Below, one piece after another: positions 36,283 through 45,988 of a stretch of DNA of 64,000 bases (the stretch's first letter is position 1; the number at the start of each line of letters is the position of its first letter). The notes under the pieces are model-generated. The model saw nothing but the letters and a program-made list of their open reading frames with translations. It was not told the DNA's origin and made no database searches. The DNA lies in the IMG/VR virus record IMGVR_UViG_3300031576_000013, positions 1 to 64,000 of that record; one strand, written 5' to 3'. Origin of the DNA: a virus. A program made the translations under genes and the position numbers.

Positions 36283-38478
36283 TTACAGAGCTGCGCTCAG
36301 GAGCTCTTCCTGCAAGGCTCTCGTGTCCTGGGTGACGAGAAGAATAATGAACTCGGCCGGCTTCGCCGTGGCAAGCCCGATCCGCGCGAGCAACTTGCCG
36401 GCCGTAATCACGCTCGGCGTGTTCAGCTGATCCGAAACATCGACGAAGAATGCCTTGCTTGGATCTTTCGACGCGAGCGCGCCAGCCTTCACGAAAGGCA
36501 TGATGACGGAGATCAAAACGCGCTCTACGCGATCACGTAGCTCCGGCGTGTTGATCTTGTTCTTTGCGAACTGAAGTGCGCGCTTTGCCGTCTGTTCGAC
36601 CGCCGAAACGCCTCGGCGCTCGCCGATCGAGGGGAAGTTCGACGTTCCAAGGCCGGTCCGTGCGCCGTCCGCGAAGAAACCCTGACCTCGCATGAAGACG
36701 ACGGGATTCACCCGCTTCGGGAAGATCAGATCCCGCTTCTCTTCCCTCTGGACCTCCGTCGTTTCCAGATCGACGACGCCGAAAAGCCGTCCGTCTTCGG
36801 TGTTCGCCGGGTTGGCGAACGGGCCGACTTGCAGGTTTGCGTCGTTGCGCGAAATCACGCCGGTGATATGACCCGAGATCGGTCCCACGATTGTATCGAT
36901 GTCGGTTCCGAAGATCCTCGGTGACGGGTTCGGGATCTTCACGCGCGGCCAGTAGAGCGCCCACTGTTCCGAGGCCGTGAGCGATTCGGCATGAGCTGCG
37001 ATGTCCTGTGCGGTGAGGCCGGCGGGCGGATCGAGAATCGCCATAATTCGGCGATTGGTTGTGATCTCCGCATAGGTGGTCATCGCGTTCTGGGTCGCGA
37101 TCGTCGAACCGTCCGGAATGACGAGGAGCGTGACGTCTTCGATCTCGTCAAGCGCGCGAATCCCGGTCGGGGACGGTACGGTGTCGCCAATCAATTCGAC
37201 ATCGGAGATGGTCGGCTCGGTGCCGCCCGCGAGGAACGCGCCGTTGCTGTTGTTGGCGGGACGGGCGGTTCCAAGGACGCTGGCGGTCACGTTTAGCGAC
37301 CCAACTTTCGAGTCGTTGATGACTGTCGATGCGTAACGGGGCGAAGTCGAGTCGAACACGTTCAGGTTTGCGAAGCGTTCGACGATGAAACCATCGACCT
37401 CGACATCCAGATTGAATTCGCTCGCAATCCCCGACGTGGCGTTCTTGATGAAGATCTTGACGGCGTTGCCCCACGTTCCGACTGAGGTGGCGGTGAGCGT
37501 GAGGACGTTCGCGCCGGCGGCGGTTCCTGAGTGGATGGAATTGTCGAAGCCGATCTCGTCATCGGCGGTCGACGTACTGTCCACTTGAACGGTGGAGGTC
37601 GCACCAGTCGTGTTCGACGTAATGCGAACCTTGCTGCCCTCGACGGAAGCGACACCGCCGGCGATGGCTGTGTTGATCGCGAGAACGACCTCGTTGGCGG
37701 TGACCGCGTCGATGTTGGCGACGTTGCCCGTCCCGAGGACGGCCACAGTCGAAAAATTCAGCTTGCCAGCCGCGTTCGCGGTGCCGCCGGTGACCTGGAT
37801 CGCCGACGACGAGCCACGTTTGTTGGACGTGATCGTGACCTTGGTGCCTGCGCTCGTGACCGTAGCGGTCGCGCCCGAAAGCTGGGCGTTGATGACCGCC
37901 GCGACCTCTACGGCTGTCGCTGCGGCAATGCTGGCGAAGTCGGCGGCGTTGAACGTGACCGTCTGAACTGCTCCGGCGTCGACCTTCACCGTCAGGACGT
38001 CGGCATCAGCCAGTGCGAACGGCGCGGCGTTGCCGCTTTCGACGAGGCCCGCCGTCGCCGTGAATGTGACAGTCGGCTGCGGCACGCCGTCGATCTTGAT
38101 GATCAACGTTTCGTCGGTGCTTGGTTCGAGATCGTAAGGTGCGGCAACCGAGGAGAGGATCGATCCGGAACTGGCGAGGCCGCTTATCAAGGTCTTGAGC
38201 GCGGCCACGCCCCCCGAGCCAGCACGCACGATCCAACCCGTTCTGCCACCTTGTAGAAAGAAGTCGCGAATCGCGATCGGCAGATCGAACCCGAGGCGGA
38301 AGGTGCCGAAGGTTCGCGCGTATTCCTCGAATGACGTTACGAGCGTAGCGACGTTCAGCGGGCCTTTTACAGCCTTGCCGACCGCGCCAAGTACGGCCGT
38401 CTGGATTGTCGGAAGCGCAGGAATCTGCGGCTCTTCCTCTTGAACAACGATTTTCGATGACAGAAGTTCGCCGGCCAT
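36283..38478 (-). CDS. Contractile tail sheath protein
   Basis: KGP...ATLVTSFEEY..TFG; AILDPP; ALYWP; P.SGH.TG...R.D; RVNP; AKPAEFI. Confidence 0.96.
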   Translation of the reverse strand: MAGELLSSKIVVQEEEPQIPALPTIQTAVLGAVGKAVKGPLNVATLVTSFEEYARTFGTFRLGFDLPIAIRDFFLQGGRTGWIVRAGSGGVAALKTLISGLASSGSILSSVAAPYDLEPSTDETLIIKIDGVPQPTVTFTATAGLVESGNAAPFALADADVLTVKVDAGAVQTVTFNAADFASIAAATAVEVAAVINAQLSGATATVTSAGTKVTITSNKRGSSSAIQVTGGTANAAGKLNFSTVAVLGTGNVANIDAVTANEVVLAINTAIAGGVASVEGSKVRITSNTTGATSTVQVDSTSTADDEIGFDNSIHSGTAAGANVLTLTATSVGTWGNAVKIFIKNATSGIASEFNLDVEVDGFIVERFANLNVFDSTSPRYASTVINDSKVGSLNVTASVLGTARPANNSNGAFLAGGTEPTISDVELIGDTVPSPTGIRALDEIEDVTLLVIPDGSTIATQNAMTTYAEITTNRRIMAILDPPAGLTAQDIAAHAESLTASEQWALYWPRVKIPNPSPRIFGTDIDTIVGPISGHITGVISRNDANLQVGPFANPANTEDGRLFGVVDLETTEVQREEKRDLIFPKRVNPVVFMRGQGFFADGARTGLGTSNFPSIGERRGVSAVEQTAKRALQFAKNKINTPELRDRVERVLISVIMPFVKAGALASKDPSKAFFVDVSDQLNTPSVITAGKLLARIGLATAKPAEFIILLVTQDTRALQEELLSAAL

Positions 38479-38496
38479 TTACATGCCCTCCGGGAT

Positions 38497-38844
38497 CTAG
38501 GTCGTTCGCAGGCGTTTCGGCGACGCCACGCTGGGCGTCGCGTCGAGTTTTTCTTCGATCACCTTGACCTCGATTTGACCGGTTTTTTCGGCCCTTGAGA
38601 TCTGCGGTAGACGCCGTACGGCGCTATCCAATGTGACAGGCGGATCGCCCCAACTCAGGTGGATTCCCCTGGCGCTTTTGATCTTGCTGCGTTGAAGTCC
38701 GGAGCTGCCGTTCGATTTCGATACCGGACGGACCGATTCCGAAATTGTGCATTCGCAGAGCCCACTCGGTTCGCAGTAAAGCTCGTGATAGAGGGTGAAC
38801 GCCATCGATCCCTCTTTTGTGAGTCGAATCGCCACTTTCGGCAT
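38497..38844 (-). CDS. Conserved small protein upstream of sheath
   Basis: L.HELYC...G.C.C motif. Confidence 0.65.
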   Translation of the reverse strand: MPKVAIRLTKEGSMAFTLYHELYCEPSGLCECTISESVRPVSKSNGSSGLQRSKIKSARGIHLSWGDPPVTLDSAVRRLPQISRAEKTGQIEVKVIEEKLDATPSVASPKRLRTT

Positions 38845-38915
38845 CGTCAACCTTTCCGAAACACCCTACGCGAATCCGGATTCAAGGTCAAGCAGCCTTG
38901 CATACGATTTCTCCT

Positions 38916-39902
38916 TTAAGTTTGCACGGTTTCGCCGCTGTCGCCGTCGATCTGGGTATATTGAACCTCGCCTTCCGGGGCAAGCGGCGCAACGGCGAAC
39001 GGCTCCTCGACGGAAACTTCGACCCCCCGCACTTCGCAGGACGCCGTGAACGTCCGGATGTTGTGATCCGACGCCACGGAGGTGATCTGGGGGGGCGTAA
39101 CGAGATGCAAAACCAGATCGGCGTGTCCTTGGCTGGGGTCGTCGATGTTGAAAGGGACATGGAGGAAACGGCCTCTTTCGAAGAATTCTATCGTCGAGCC
39201 GATCATGTTGATCATCTCGATTTCCGAGTTCGTCGCCCCGATGAGCGTGTACGAAAGACGTGCGACGAAAGGAGGCATGATGCGATTGAAAGTTCCGTCG
39301 CCGTTGTCGATTTCCTTGGTCTCGTTGTGCCAGTACTCGAGATCGCGGGTGACCGTCGGCCCCTGGATGATCAAGACGGGGATCTTCGAGACGGCGATGA
39401 CGCCCGTGTCGGGGTCCGAAAAGTCGATATGAGTCGTGTGGACGACGTTGAGGAAGACGTGTTGACGCAGCGCGGCTATCAGAGCGCCAGACACCATCGT
39501 GAATGGACTGACACGCGCGGTAGGAGCGTCGGTCGTCTCGTGGACGATTGGCCGTTTGTACGTATAGACCGTCGTCAGCGTCGTCACGAACTCGCCTGCG
39601 ATCGGCAAGCCGGCGTCGTCCAGATTACGAATCGTCAACTTGACGGCAGCTAAGGGATCGTCGGTCGGCGCCGTGCGGAACGGCGGCGCTGTCACTTGCA
39701 GCTTCGTCGAGGAGATGACGTCGACGTTCGGCGCTGGCTCGCTGTCGAACTCGACGGCCACGCTGGGGTTGCGTGGTTCCGAAGGGCCGACCAACGGTTG
39801 AGGTAACGGCAGTCGAAAATTGGTGCCAGTGACGGTGACGATGTTTCCGCCACCCGTTGGCCCCTTCGTCGGAGCAACCGCTGTGAACGTCGGTATCGCC
39901 AT
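38916..39902 (-). CDS. IPT/TIG-domain tail terminator-like protein
   Basis: PTKGPTGGGNIVTVTGTNF...V.SSTKL....PP; position before sheath. Confidence 0.75.
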   Translation of the reverse strand: MAIPTFTAVAPTKGPTGGGNIVTVTGTNFRLPLPQPLVGPSEPRNPSVAVEFDSEPAPNVDVISSTKLQVTAPPFRTAPTDDPLAAVKLTIRNLDDAGLPIAGEFVTTLTTVYTYKRPIVHETTDAPTARVSPFTMVSGALIAALRQHVFLNVVHTTHIDFSDPDTGVIAVSKIPVLIIQGPTVTRDLEYWHNETKEIDNGDGTFNRIMPPFVARLSYTLIGATNSEIEMINMIGSTIEFFERGRFLHVPFNIDDPSQGHADLVLHLVTPPQITSVASDHNIRTFTASCEVRGVEVSVEEPFAVAPLAPEGEVQYTQIDGDSGETVQT

Positions 39903-40594
39903 TATCCGCGCGTCCGAATTCGCAAGCCAATCTGAGGACCAACTACGGTCTTAACAAAGTTCCGAAGGACCATCTTCAATTGCGGCGCCACGCGGTCGAA
40001 TCCCCGCGACCAAGCATTTCGCGCGGGTACTGTGACTTGAAACGTCCGCGCTTTCCAGTTTCGCTTCGTCGAGCGCACTCTCGCTCTCTTGGTCTTTCCG
40101 CCGCCTTTACCGCCTTTTCCTTCTCCGTAAACGATCTTCAGGTAATGGGCCATACGCGGGGTCAGCTTCACACGCCTTGTGAAACCCTTCGTATGGATCG
40201 CGGCCAGCTCGGCCATCGGAAGCTTTGAGTAATTGTGCGTTAAACCGAAGTAGCCGAGCTTGGTTTGGCGATCTCCAGGAATCAGACGGTACGAATTCAA
40301 GAGCTGCCCCGTCTGCCACAAGGGCGCGTCGTGGGTGACCGGCTTTCGTATCGGGAACACGCCCGGCTTTCCCAGTCGGCGAGTTGCCAGCGTTGCGTTG
40401 CTGAGCGGCGCCAAACCAAGGTTGTTCGTCTTCGTTCCTTCGACGATCGCGTTCCTTACTAGCGTTCCGATGCGTGTACCTGCTTCCCGAAACAAGCCCC
40501 GTTCGAATAAACGGGGGATCCCGCGCAACTTTCCAGCGATGTTCGGCGGATCCTCGCGAAGTTCCCCTCCGGCGTTCTTGAATATCGTCGCCAC
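39902..40594 (-). CDS. Virion morphogenesis / tail completion protein
   Basis: APLS.AT...R; PL..TGQL.NS; AAIH..G; VPAR. Confidence 0.8.
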   Translation of the reverse strand: MATIFKNAGGELREDPPNIAGKLRGIPRLFERGLFREAGTRIGTLVRNAIVEGTKTNNLGLAPLSNATLATRRLGKPGVFPIRKPVTHDAPLWQTGQLLNSYRLIPGDRQTKLGYFGLTHNYSKLPMAELAAIHTKGFTRRVKLTPRMAHYLKIVYGEGKGGKGGGKTKRARVRSTKRNWKARTFQVTVPARNAWSRGFDRVAPQLKMVLRNFVKTVVGPQIGLRIRTRG

Positions 40595-41131
40595 TTAGAT
40601 CGTTCCCTCGTCGCGCTGACTCAAGAACGCTATGTGTAGATCGTAGCCATCTGGACCGAAACCCCATGATGCAGGCAACACCTGGTTGACGAACAACCCT
40701 TCCTTGCTTGGCAGTCGCAGCGCGATGACTCCGGGGACGTTGTGTTTTTCGAGCTTCTCGATCCTATCGCCCTTCTTGATCGTCACGTTCCCACTCGTCG
40801 GGTCGATGAGTCCTAGCGGCAAAAGATCCTTGCGATGGAACACGAGCGCCATCTCGCTACGCGGCAAGTCGCCCGCGAACGACTGTCGGAGCTCGTCGAA
40901 CTGCCCTGTCTCTACTTGGCAAGGGACTCGGACGGCCGCCATCTCTGTCCGCGTTGACTTTCGACCCTCGATCGACGCGCCTGCCTCCTCGTCATAAACG
41001 ATCGGCTCGCGAAACACGTCGCTGTAGCCCTTCGCCGAGGTCGGCGGCGCAGTCGCCCGTGTTCCCTCTGTGTCCAGCCTCAAGATCACCGCATCCACGA
41101 TGTTCAAGAGCAGCGGTACCCGAAAGATCAT
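40595..41131 (-). CDS. Head closure / head-tail joining protein
   Basis: Neck-region position; GY.D.FREP...PCQVE...IKKGDRI. Confidence 0.65.
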   Translation of the reverse strand: MIFRVPLLLNIVDAVILRLDTEGTRATAPPTSAKGYSDVFREPIVYDEEAGASIEGRKSTRTEMAAVRVPCQVETGQFDELRQSFAGDLPRSEMALVFHRKDLLPLGLIDPTSGNVTIKKGDRIEKLEKHNVPGVIALRLPSKEGLFVNQVLPASWGFGPDGYDLHIAFLSQRDEGTI

Positions 41132-41163
41132 GCCCCCTCTTCTGGGTTCCCCGATGGATTACT

Positions 41164-42240
41164 TTAAACCGCTCCGTAGTGCGGCGGGCGTACATAAGGG
41201 ATAAGCAGCTGGTCAATGAAGTCGTCGCCGGTCAAACCGCCGAACGACCCGCGCCCTCCGATTCCACCACCGCCCGTACGTCCGAACGAGATCGCTTGAT
41301 CGCGCGTCTTCGCGCTGCGTACGCTGCTAGGCGCGGTGATGAATGGATCTTGTCCGAAGGGATCTTGTAGGTTGCGGGTTGCGAAGGCGCCCACGGCGGT
41401 CGTGATGTCGGTCGGAGTTTTGCCCAGCGGACCGCCGTCGGGATCGGTGTATCCCCATACTCCGGTGACGAAGATTCCCTGCGAAGACAGCGGGAAGAAT
41501 TCGGTCGACTGGAACAGAATGCCTTCAAAGCGTTCGATCTCGATACGGGGATCGTCACGATCGTCGGGATCGAGGAGCCCTCCGAGGTGGCGGTTGTAGA
41601 CGCGCAAGCCGTCCAGCGACACTTCGGTCAAAGACGCTTCGATGCCAGTCACGCCGGTTTCGATTTCTACTTTGTTGATCCCGACGATCGGGTGCTGGGG
41701 CATGAGGCGCCGATTTCCGCGCCCGTCGAGCTTGAACAGGCGATATCGCGGCTCGAAGAAACGGCCGGTCAGGAGCTCGACTTTTCTTGAAGCGCGATCG
41801 ACGAATTCTTGAATCGCCCCGACGGACTGTTCCGTGAACAGCGCGTTGGTCTTCAAGGTAACCGAGTCGAGATACCCAACATACGCAGCCCCTCGAGAGA
41901 ACTTGTTCTTGTCGACGACCTCGAAGCGTTGCCGGAACTCGAATTCCGTTGAGGTGCTGGTTTCTTTGTACTTCCAGCGGATCTCGTGGGTGCCCGCCCT
42001 GAAGCCGGTCGCGGCGAAGTTTGCATGGTACACGCCAAGGGCGATACGCACTCCGACGGGGTCGGGTGAGAGATCAAGCGTCGCTTCCGGGATCTTCTCG
42101 ATCGCCGCGCCGGCCGGAGGGATCTCAAAAACGCTCCGTTTCAGCGAGAATATGTCGATCAGCTTGCCGTCACGCTGAAACGCAAAGAACAGCGTTGGAT
42201 TTGCGCAGTTTATCGTCTCGTCCTGTGCGACGGCAGGCAT
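41164..42240 (-). CDS. Head-tail connector (adaptor) with N-terminal BppU/Ig-like domain
   Basis: ASRKVELLTGRFF.P; V.G.WGYT; D.LL.PY. Confidence 0.75.
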   Translation of the reverse strand: MPAVAQDETINCANPTLFFAFQRDGKLIDIFSLKRSVFEIPPAGAAIEKIPEATLDLSPDPVGVRIALGVYHANFAATGFRAGTHEIRWKYKETSTSTEFEFRQRFEVVDKNKFSRGAAYVGYLDSVTLKTNALFTEQSVGAIQEFVDRASRKVELLTGRFFEPRYRLFKLDGRGNRRLMPQHPIVGINKVEIETGVTGIEASLTEVSLDGLRVYNRHLGGLLDPDDRDDPRIEIERFEGILFQSTEFFPLSSQGIFVTGVWGYTDPDGGPLGKTPTDITTAVGAFATRNLQDPFGQDPFITAPSSVRSAKTRDQAISFGRTGGGGIGGRGSFGGLTGDDFIDQLLIPYVRPPHYGAV

Positions 42241-42250
42241 GTGTGCAACT

Positions 42251-42577
42251 TTACCATTTGCGGGGTTGGCTCAACGTGATCTTCTTGATCCTGCGCACCG
42301 CCGACGCGAACTTCGCGGATTCCGAGTTCACGAAATCGATTGCGAGCTGTTCAACACGGTTGTCTGGATCCAAGAACCGGAACATGAATTCCCGCTCATC
42401 GCGATAGGATTCGGCAAGCGGCAAATCCCTCATTGAGAGGTAGGACGCGAGGTCGAGATCGTAGACTTCGACTTTGTTGTTGCCGATGACACTCCAACCC
42501 CGGGAACGATCGACGCGGGTGCCCGCCCGAAAGGGCGGAGATTCACTCCCGTTTGGCTGACGCGGTGCGTTCACCAC
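42251..42577 (-). CDS. DUF5659-like small protein
   Basis: DLDLASYL...F.F.D pattern; start uncertain. Confidence 0.55.
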   Translation of the reverse strand: MVNAPRQPNGSESPPFRAGTRVDRSRGWSVIGNNKVEVYDLDLASYLSMRDLPLAESYRDEREFMFRFLDPDNRVEQLAIDFVNSESAKFASAVRRIKKITLSQPRKW

Positions 42578-42585
42578 GCACCGCT

Positions 42586-43026
42586 TTAGCGCAGGTCTGC
42601 GGTCGACAAGTCGCTGGACTCATCTACGTCCAGCCGGCTTGGAATCGCCGCCTCACGCGCAATTGGCGCAGCGACAGCGGGCTCGGGCTTCACAGTCAGG
42701 TCCACTGCCGTGCGTTCGCCGGGCTTGGCGACCGTCTCCGACATGACGCCAAGCGCCACAAGGCGGCGTTCCTCTTCCTTGACGTCAATCACTTTCTTCT
42801 CGTCCGCATCGACGATGTCGAACGCTGCTGCACCGGCATCCTGTTTGATCTGCTTCAGTTTTGCGGCCATCTCCGGGGTGACCTTGTACCAAGTGGGGCG
42901 ATCCCCGCCTTGGTAAAGATTTCCGCCGAAGTGCAGCCGTCGGAGCCGCAAGCCGAGTCGCGGTGCGTAGGGCTTAAGTCGCGCGAACAGTTCGATGTTT
43001 GCCATTTCCTTGACCTCCTGCACCAA
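42586..43026 (-). CDS. Hypothetical head-region protein
   Basis: AGGAGG RBS before MANIEL (~43005). Confidence 0.7.
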   Translation of the reverse strand: MVQEVKEMANIELFARLKPYAPRLGLRLRRLHFGGNLYQGGDRPTWYKVTPEMAAKLKQIKQDAGAAAFDIVDADEKKVIDVKEEERRLVALGVMSETVAKPGERTAVDLTVKPEPAVAAPIAREAAIPSRLDVDESSDLSTADLR

Positions 43027-43036
43027 ACACTAAAAT

Positions 43037-43072
43037 AAAAAGGCTCGCCGGTCAACGACCAGCGAGCCTTTT
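43037..43072. terminator. Intrinsic (bidirectional) terminator after the capsid genes
   Basis: AAAAAGGCTCGCCGGTC-AAC-GACCAGCGAGCCTTTT. Confidence 0.85.
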
Positions 43073-43090
43073 CTCAACCGCGATGGGCGG

Positions 43091-43315
43091 TTAGCCCTTG
43101 ATCGTGGTCAGGGCTGCGGGAGTCAGCGTCGAGGCGTAGTTGGTGTCCATCACACCGGCGTCCGCGTCGAGCTTTGCGAGCAAGGAAATGAGCTTCGAAC
43201 GAAGCTCGGTCAAGTCGTCGGCGACATCGCGGAACGAATCCGCGAGTTCCGGCGTTCCGTAACCGGGCTGCTGTCCGACGCCGCCGCTGAAGGAGTCGGT
43301 CTTGATGGTTGCCAT
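43091..43315 (-). CDS. Small head fibre/decoration protein
   Basis: ELRSKL..LLAKLDADAGV.DTNYAS motif. Confidence 0.7.
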   Translation of the reverse strand: MATIKTDSFSGGVGQQPGYGTPELADSFRDVADDLTELRSKLISLLAKLDADAGVMDTNYASTLTPAALTTIKG

Positions 43316-43324
43316 GTGCGCTCC

Positions 43325-43654
43325 TTACGAAGCGTTGACGACAACCTCGACCGTGATGGTCGAGAGATCGGTCGTCGCCGCTACTTCGCCGGTGCCGTCG
43401 GCCTTGTTTGCCATCAGCTTGTCGCTCACGCGGTTGTACCCGTAGTGCCGCGTGTCGAGCGCCCCGCCCGTCGTGACCTTGCCGACGGCAAGCACCGGTC
43501 CGATCGTCTTCCCCGCACCCACCTGAGCCTGCAAGCCGAGTGCGTATCCACCAGTTGGATAGGATGCGTCGAGGACGACGTTGAATCGCTTCGTGAAGGA
43601 CGGCGCGGAAGGAATCCCGCCGAACGAATCTGGGGTCGTGACTGCGATTGCCAT
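43325..43654 (-). CDS. Capsid decoration protein
   Basis: DASYPTGGY...EVAATTDLS; directly after the MCP. Confidence 0.75.
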   Translation of the reverse strand: MAIAVTTPDSFGGIPSAPSFTKRFNVVLDASYPTGGYALGLQAQVGAGKTIGPVLAVGKVTTGGALDTRHYGYNRVSDKLMANKADGTGEVAATTDLSTITVEVVVNAS

Positions 43655-43680
43655 GTTCGCTTTCTCCGTTTCCTGTGCGG

Positions 43681-44610
43681 TTAGACGCCGAAGACGCCAG
43701 TTGCCTTGACCACTGCGGGCTCGTGCATGTACTTCACGTCAAGCCGCAGCGAGACGACCGTGATCACCTGACCCGCCGAGATGTCCTCGCCCATGCGGAC
43801 GCGAACCTGACGATGGAACCCGAGGACGAAGTTCTTCGGGTCCGCAAGCAAGACGACGGTTTCGTTCGTACCGGCGCCGAGCGCGTCTGGAAACTCCGGG
43901 ACGCCGACGACGTCGTAGTCCTGGTACTTCGCGTCGGCTTGCGTTGCCAGCTGGATGTCGCCAAGGCTCGTCGCGCGGTTCGCGAGAGAGTCCTTGTAGT
44001 CGACTTTTGCCTGACGGTTCGTGAAGTAGGTGAGCGGCCCGGTCGAGAACTCGTCGGGCAGCGTCTTCAGCATGTCGCGGAGCACGTTCTTGGAGAGCGT
44101 GACACCGCCAGCCACAACGACGTTCGTGACTGCGTGCTTGATGAAACCGTCGAGTACCGCGAGGAGCGCGTCCGCCGACAGGGTGTCACCTTGCGCGATC
44201 AGGAAGTCCACGTCGCGAGCCACGGCTTCCGCCAGGGTCTCTGTGATCGTGTCCTTGTACGAACCGCGCTCGATCTGATCCTCGAGCACCTCGTCCGAGA
44301 TCCGAACCTCGGCCTTCACGAGCTTTGCGTCGAGCTCGATGAAGCTGAGATCGGGCCTTGAACGCTGCGCCACCGCGAGGGCCTCGTTCTCCACGCCCGG
44401 CTTGAGCACGCGCGAGCCGAAACGATGCTTGTCGCGTCGCTCCTTCGGACTCGCCATCGGTGTGACCATGATCCGCTTCATCAGTTCTGCGGATTTGATC
44501 ATCACTCGGAAGAAGCGATCCGCCTGCCTCGGAACGAGCAAGCCACCGGCGGCAAGGCCGGCTGTGTCGAGATCTGCCTTTTGCAGCAAGACCCTGTTGT
44601 CGGTTGGCAT
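43681..44610 (-). CDS. Major capsid protein (HK97 fold)
   Basis: GGLL.P.QADRF; ISDEVLEDQIE; D.L..QGD; DGFIK; PKNFV.G; AVVK. Confidence 0.93.
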   Translation of the reverse strand: MPTDNRVLLQKADLDTAGLAAGGLLVPRQADRFFRVMIKSAELMKRIMVTPMASPKERRDKHRFGSRVLKPGVENEALAVAQRSRPDLSFIELDAKLVKAEVRISDEVLEDQIERGSYKDTITETLAEAVARDVDFLIAQGDTLSADALLAVLDGFIKHAVTNVVVAGGVTLSKNVLRDMLKTLPDEFSTGPLTYFTNRQAKVDYKDSLANRATSLGDIQLATQADAKYQDYDVVGVPEFPDALGAGTNETVVLLADPKNFVLGFHRQVRVRMGEDISAGQVITVVSLRLDVKYMHEPAVVKATGVFGV

Positions 44611-44684
44611 CTTTTTGCGCTCCTCTAGGACGGTTGATTTACCGTGAAAACTGCTGACCTCGACCTGTTCGTAATTTCACGCAA

Positions 44685-45941
44685 TTACGCGTTGTAGTCA
44701 AGAGGGAAAAGTCGGGATTCCGAAGACCCGTTCATTTCGGGCGAAGTGACACGATCGCCGGGTCGTGCTTCGGCCTTGGTAAGCGCCTGGCGAAGATCGC
44801 CGTTCGACTTTTTGAGCGTGGCAAGTTCGGAATTGAGCGGTTCGACTGCCTTCGCCACGGCTTCGTTGATCATGCGTTCGGCTTCGCTGGCACTGATGCC
44901 CGGCTCTTTCTTTGCAGTTGCGGAGGGGTATTTCGAAGCGAGTCCCATGAGCAGCGTGTGGATCGCTTTCAGCTCACGCATTTCCTTTGCCGACGGCGCA
45001 TCCATGCTCTTCACGCGGTTGGCAAGAGACAGCGCGCGTTCTGCGGCTTCGGTCAAAATACGCGACATACGACCCGCGCGCTTTTCGACGACCGAGTCAT
45101 CGAGGGCGCCCAGAATTGCGCCGATCAGTTGCTGGAGCGAATCCATGTCGGTCGCGTCGATCATCACGCCCCCACGAGGGAACACGCCGTCGAGCTTCTT
45201 CGCGAGTTCGGTGATTGCTTCCTGCGTTGGCGCATCGGCGCTCGTGCTGGCCGACGCAAGCGCCTTCGCCACTTCCTCGATGTCGGCGCCGAGAGTCGCG
45301 CCGCTTTGTGTCGAATCCGGTTCTGGCTTTACCGGCGGTGGAGTCACCGTTTCGGTGCTCGTCGAAGCCGCATCCGATTCAGTCTTCGACATCGCTGCCG
45401 GCGCAGGGTACTTCTCTTTCACACCGGCGATCAACTTCCCGATCGCGGCGATCTCGGCGAGCAGCTTCCCGAAGTCACCTTCAGGCATTTTCTCGCCGCC
45501 GGCCTCTTTCAGCTTGTTGATCACCGAGGTCAAGCGCTCGAGCCCTTCGGTGAGCGTCGTCAACGCGACGGCGTCTTCCATCTTCGCCGAGTCCATCGCG
45601 TGAGTTGCGTCGTGTTCGTTTTTCGCGATGACGGCTGGATACGCATCTTCGATCTTACTCAGGCTGATCGAAACCTCGTGTGCTTCGTCGACGAGCGCTT
45701 TCTGTGTTGCCTCGTTTGCGTCCTTCAACTTGGTCACGATCGAGGTCAGACGCTCCAGGTTCTCAGCCAGCGTGGTAACGGTCTGAGAAACTGCTTTTTC
45801 AGTTAGCATGGAATTTTCTCCTTCGCGCTTTCTCAAAAGGAAACGTCGTTTGTTCGCGGCTCGATCAACCAAGGAAACCTCCTCGATCTCGAAATCACGT
45901 AGACGTGAGACTGACGGTTTCGTTTTGGATGTCAAGTTCAT
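44685..45941 (-). CDS. Capsid scaffold protein
   Basis: EIEEVSLVDRAANKRRFL N-terminus; repeated helical units (LERLTS..KLK.A); directly upstream of the MCP. Confidence 0.8.
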   Translation of the reverse strand: MNLTSKTKPSVSRLRDFEIEEVSLVDRAANKRRFLLRKREGENSMLTEKAVSQTVTTLAENLERLTSIVTKLKDANEATQKALVDEAHEVSISLSKIEDAYPAVIAKNEHDATHAMDSAKMEDAVALTTLTEGLERLTSVINKLKEAGGEKMPEGDFGKLLAEIAAIGKLIAGVKEKYPAPAAMSKTESDAASTSTETVTPPPVKPEPDSTQSGATLGADIEEVAKALASASTSADAPTQEAITELAKKLDGVFPRGGVMIDATDMDSLQQLIGAILGALDDSVVEKRAGRMSRILTEAAERALSLANRVKSMDAPSAKEMRELKAIHTLLMGLASKYPSATAKKEPGISASEAERMINEAVAKAVEPLNSELATLKKSNGDLRQALTKAEARPGDRVTSPEMNGSSESRLFPLDYNA

Positions 45942-45988
45942 TGATCTCGACGACTTCCTGTTAGCTTACCGCGCCTTGATGCGCGGTT

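Noticed and set aside
16512-39902. Stand-alone eCIS, tailocin or T6SS locus
   Set aside because: Portal, protease, scaffold, major capsid and neck genes are in the same operon; no eCIS AAA+ ATPase or T6SS membrane complex seen
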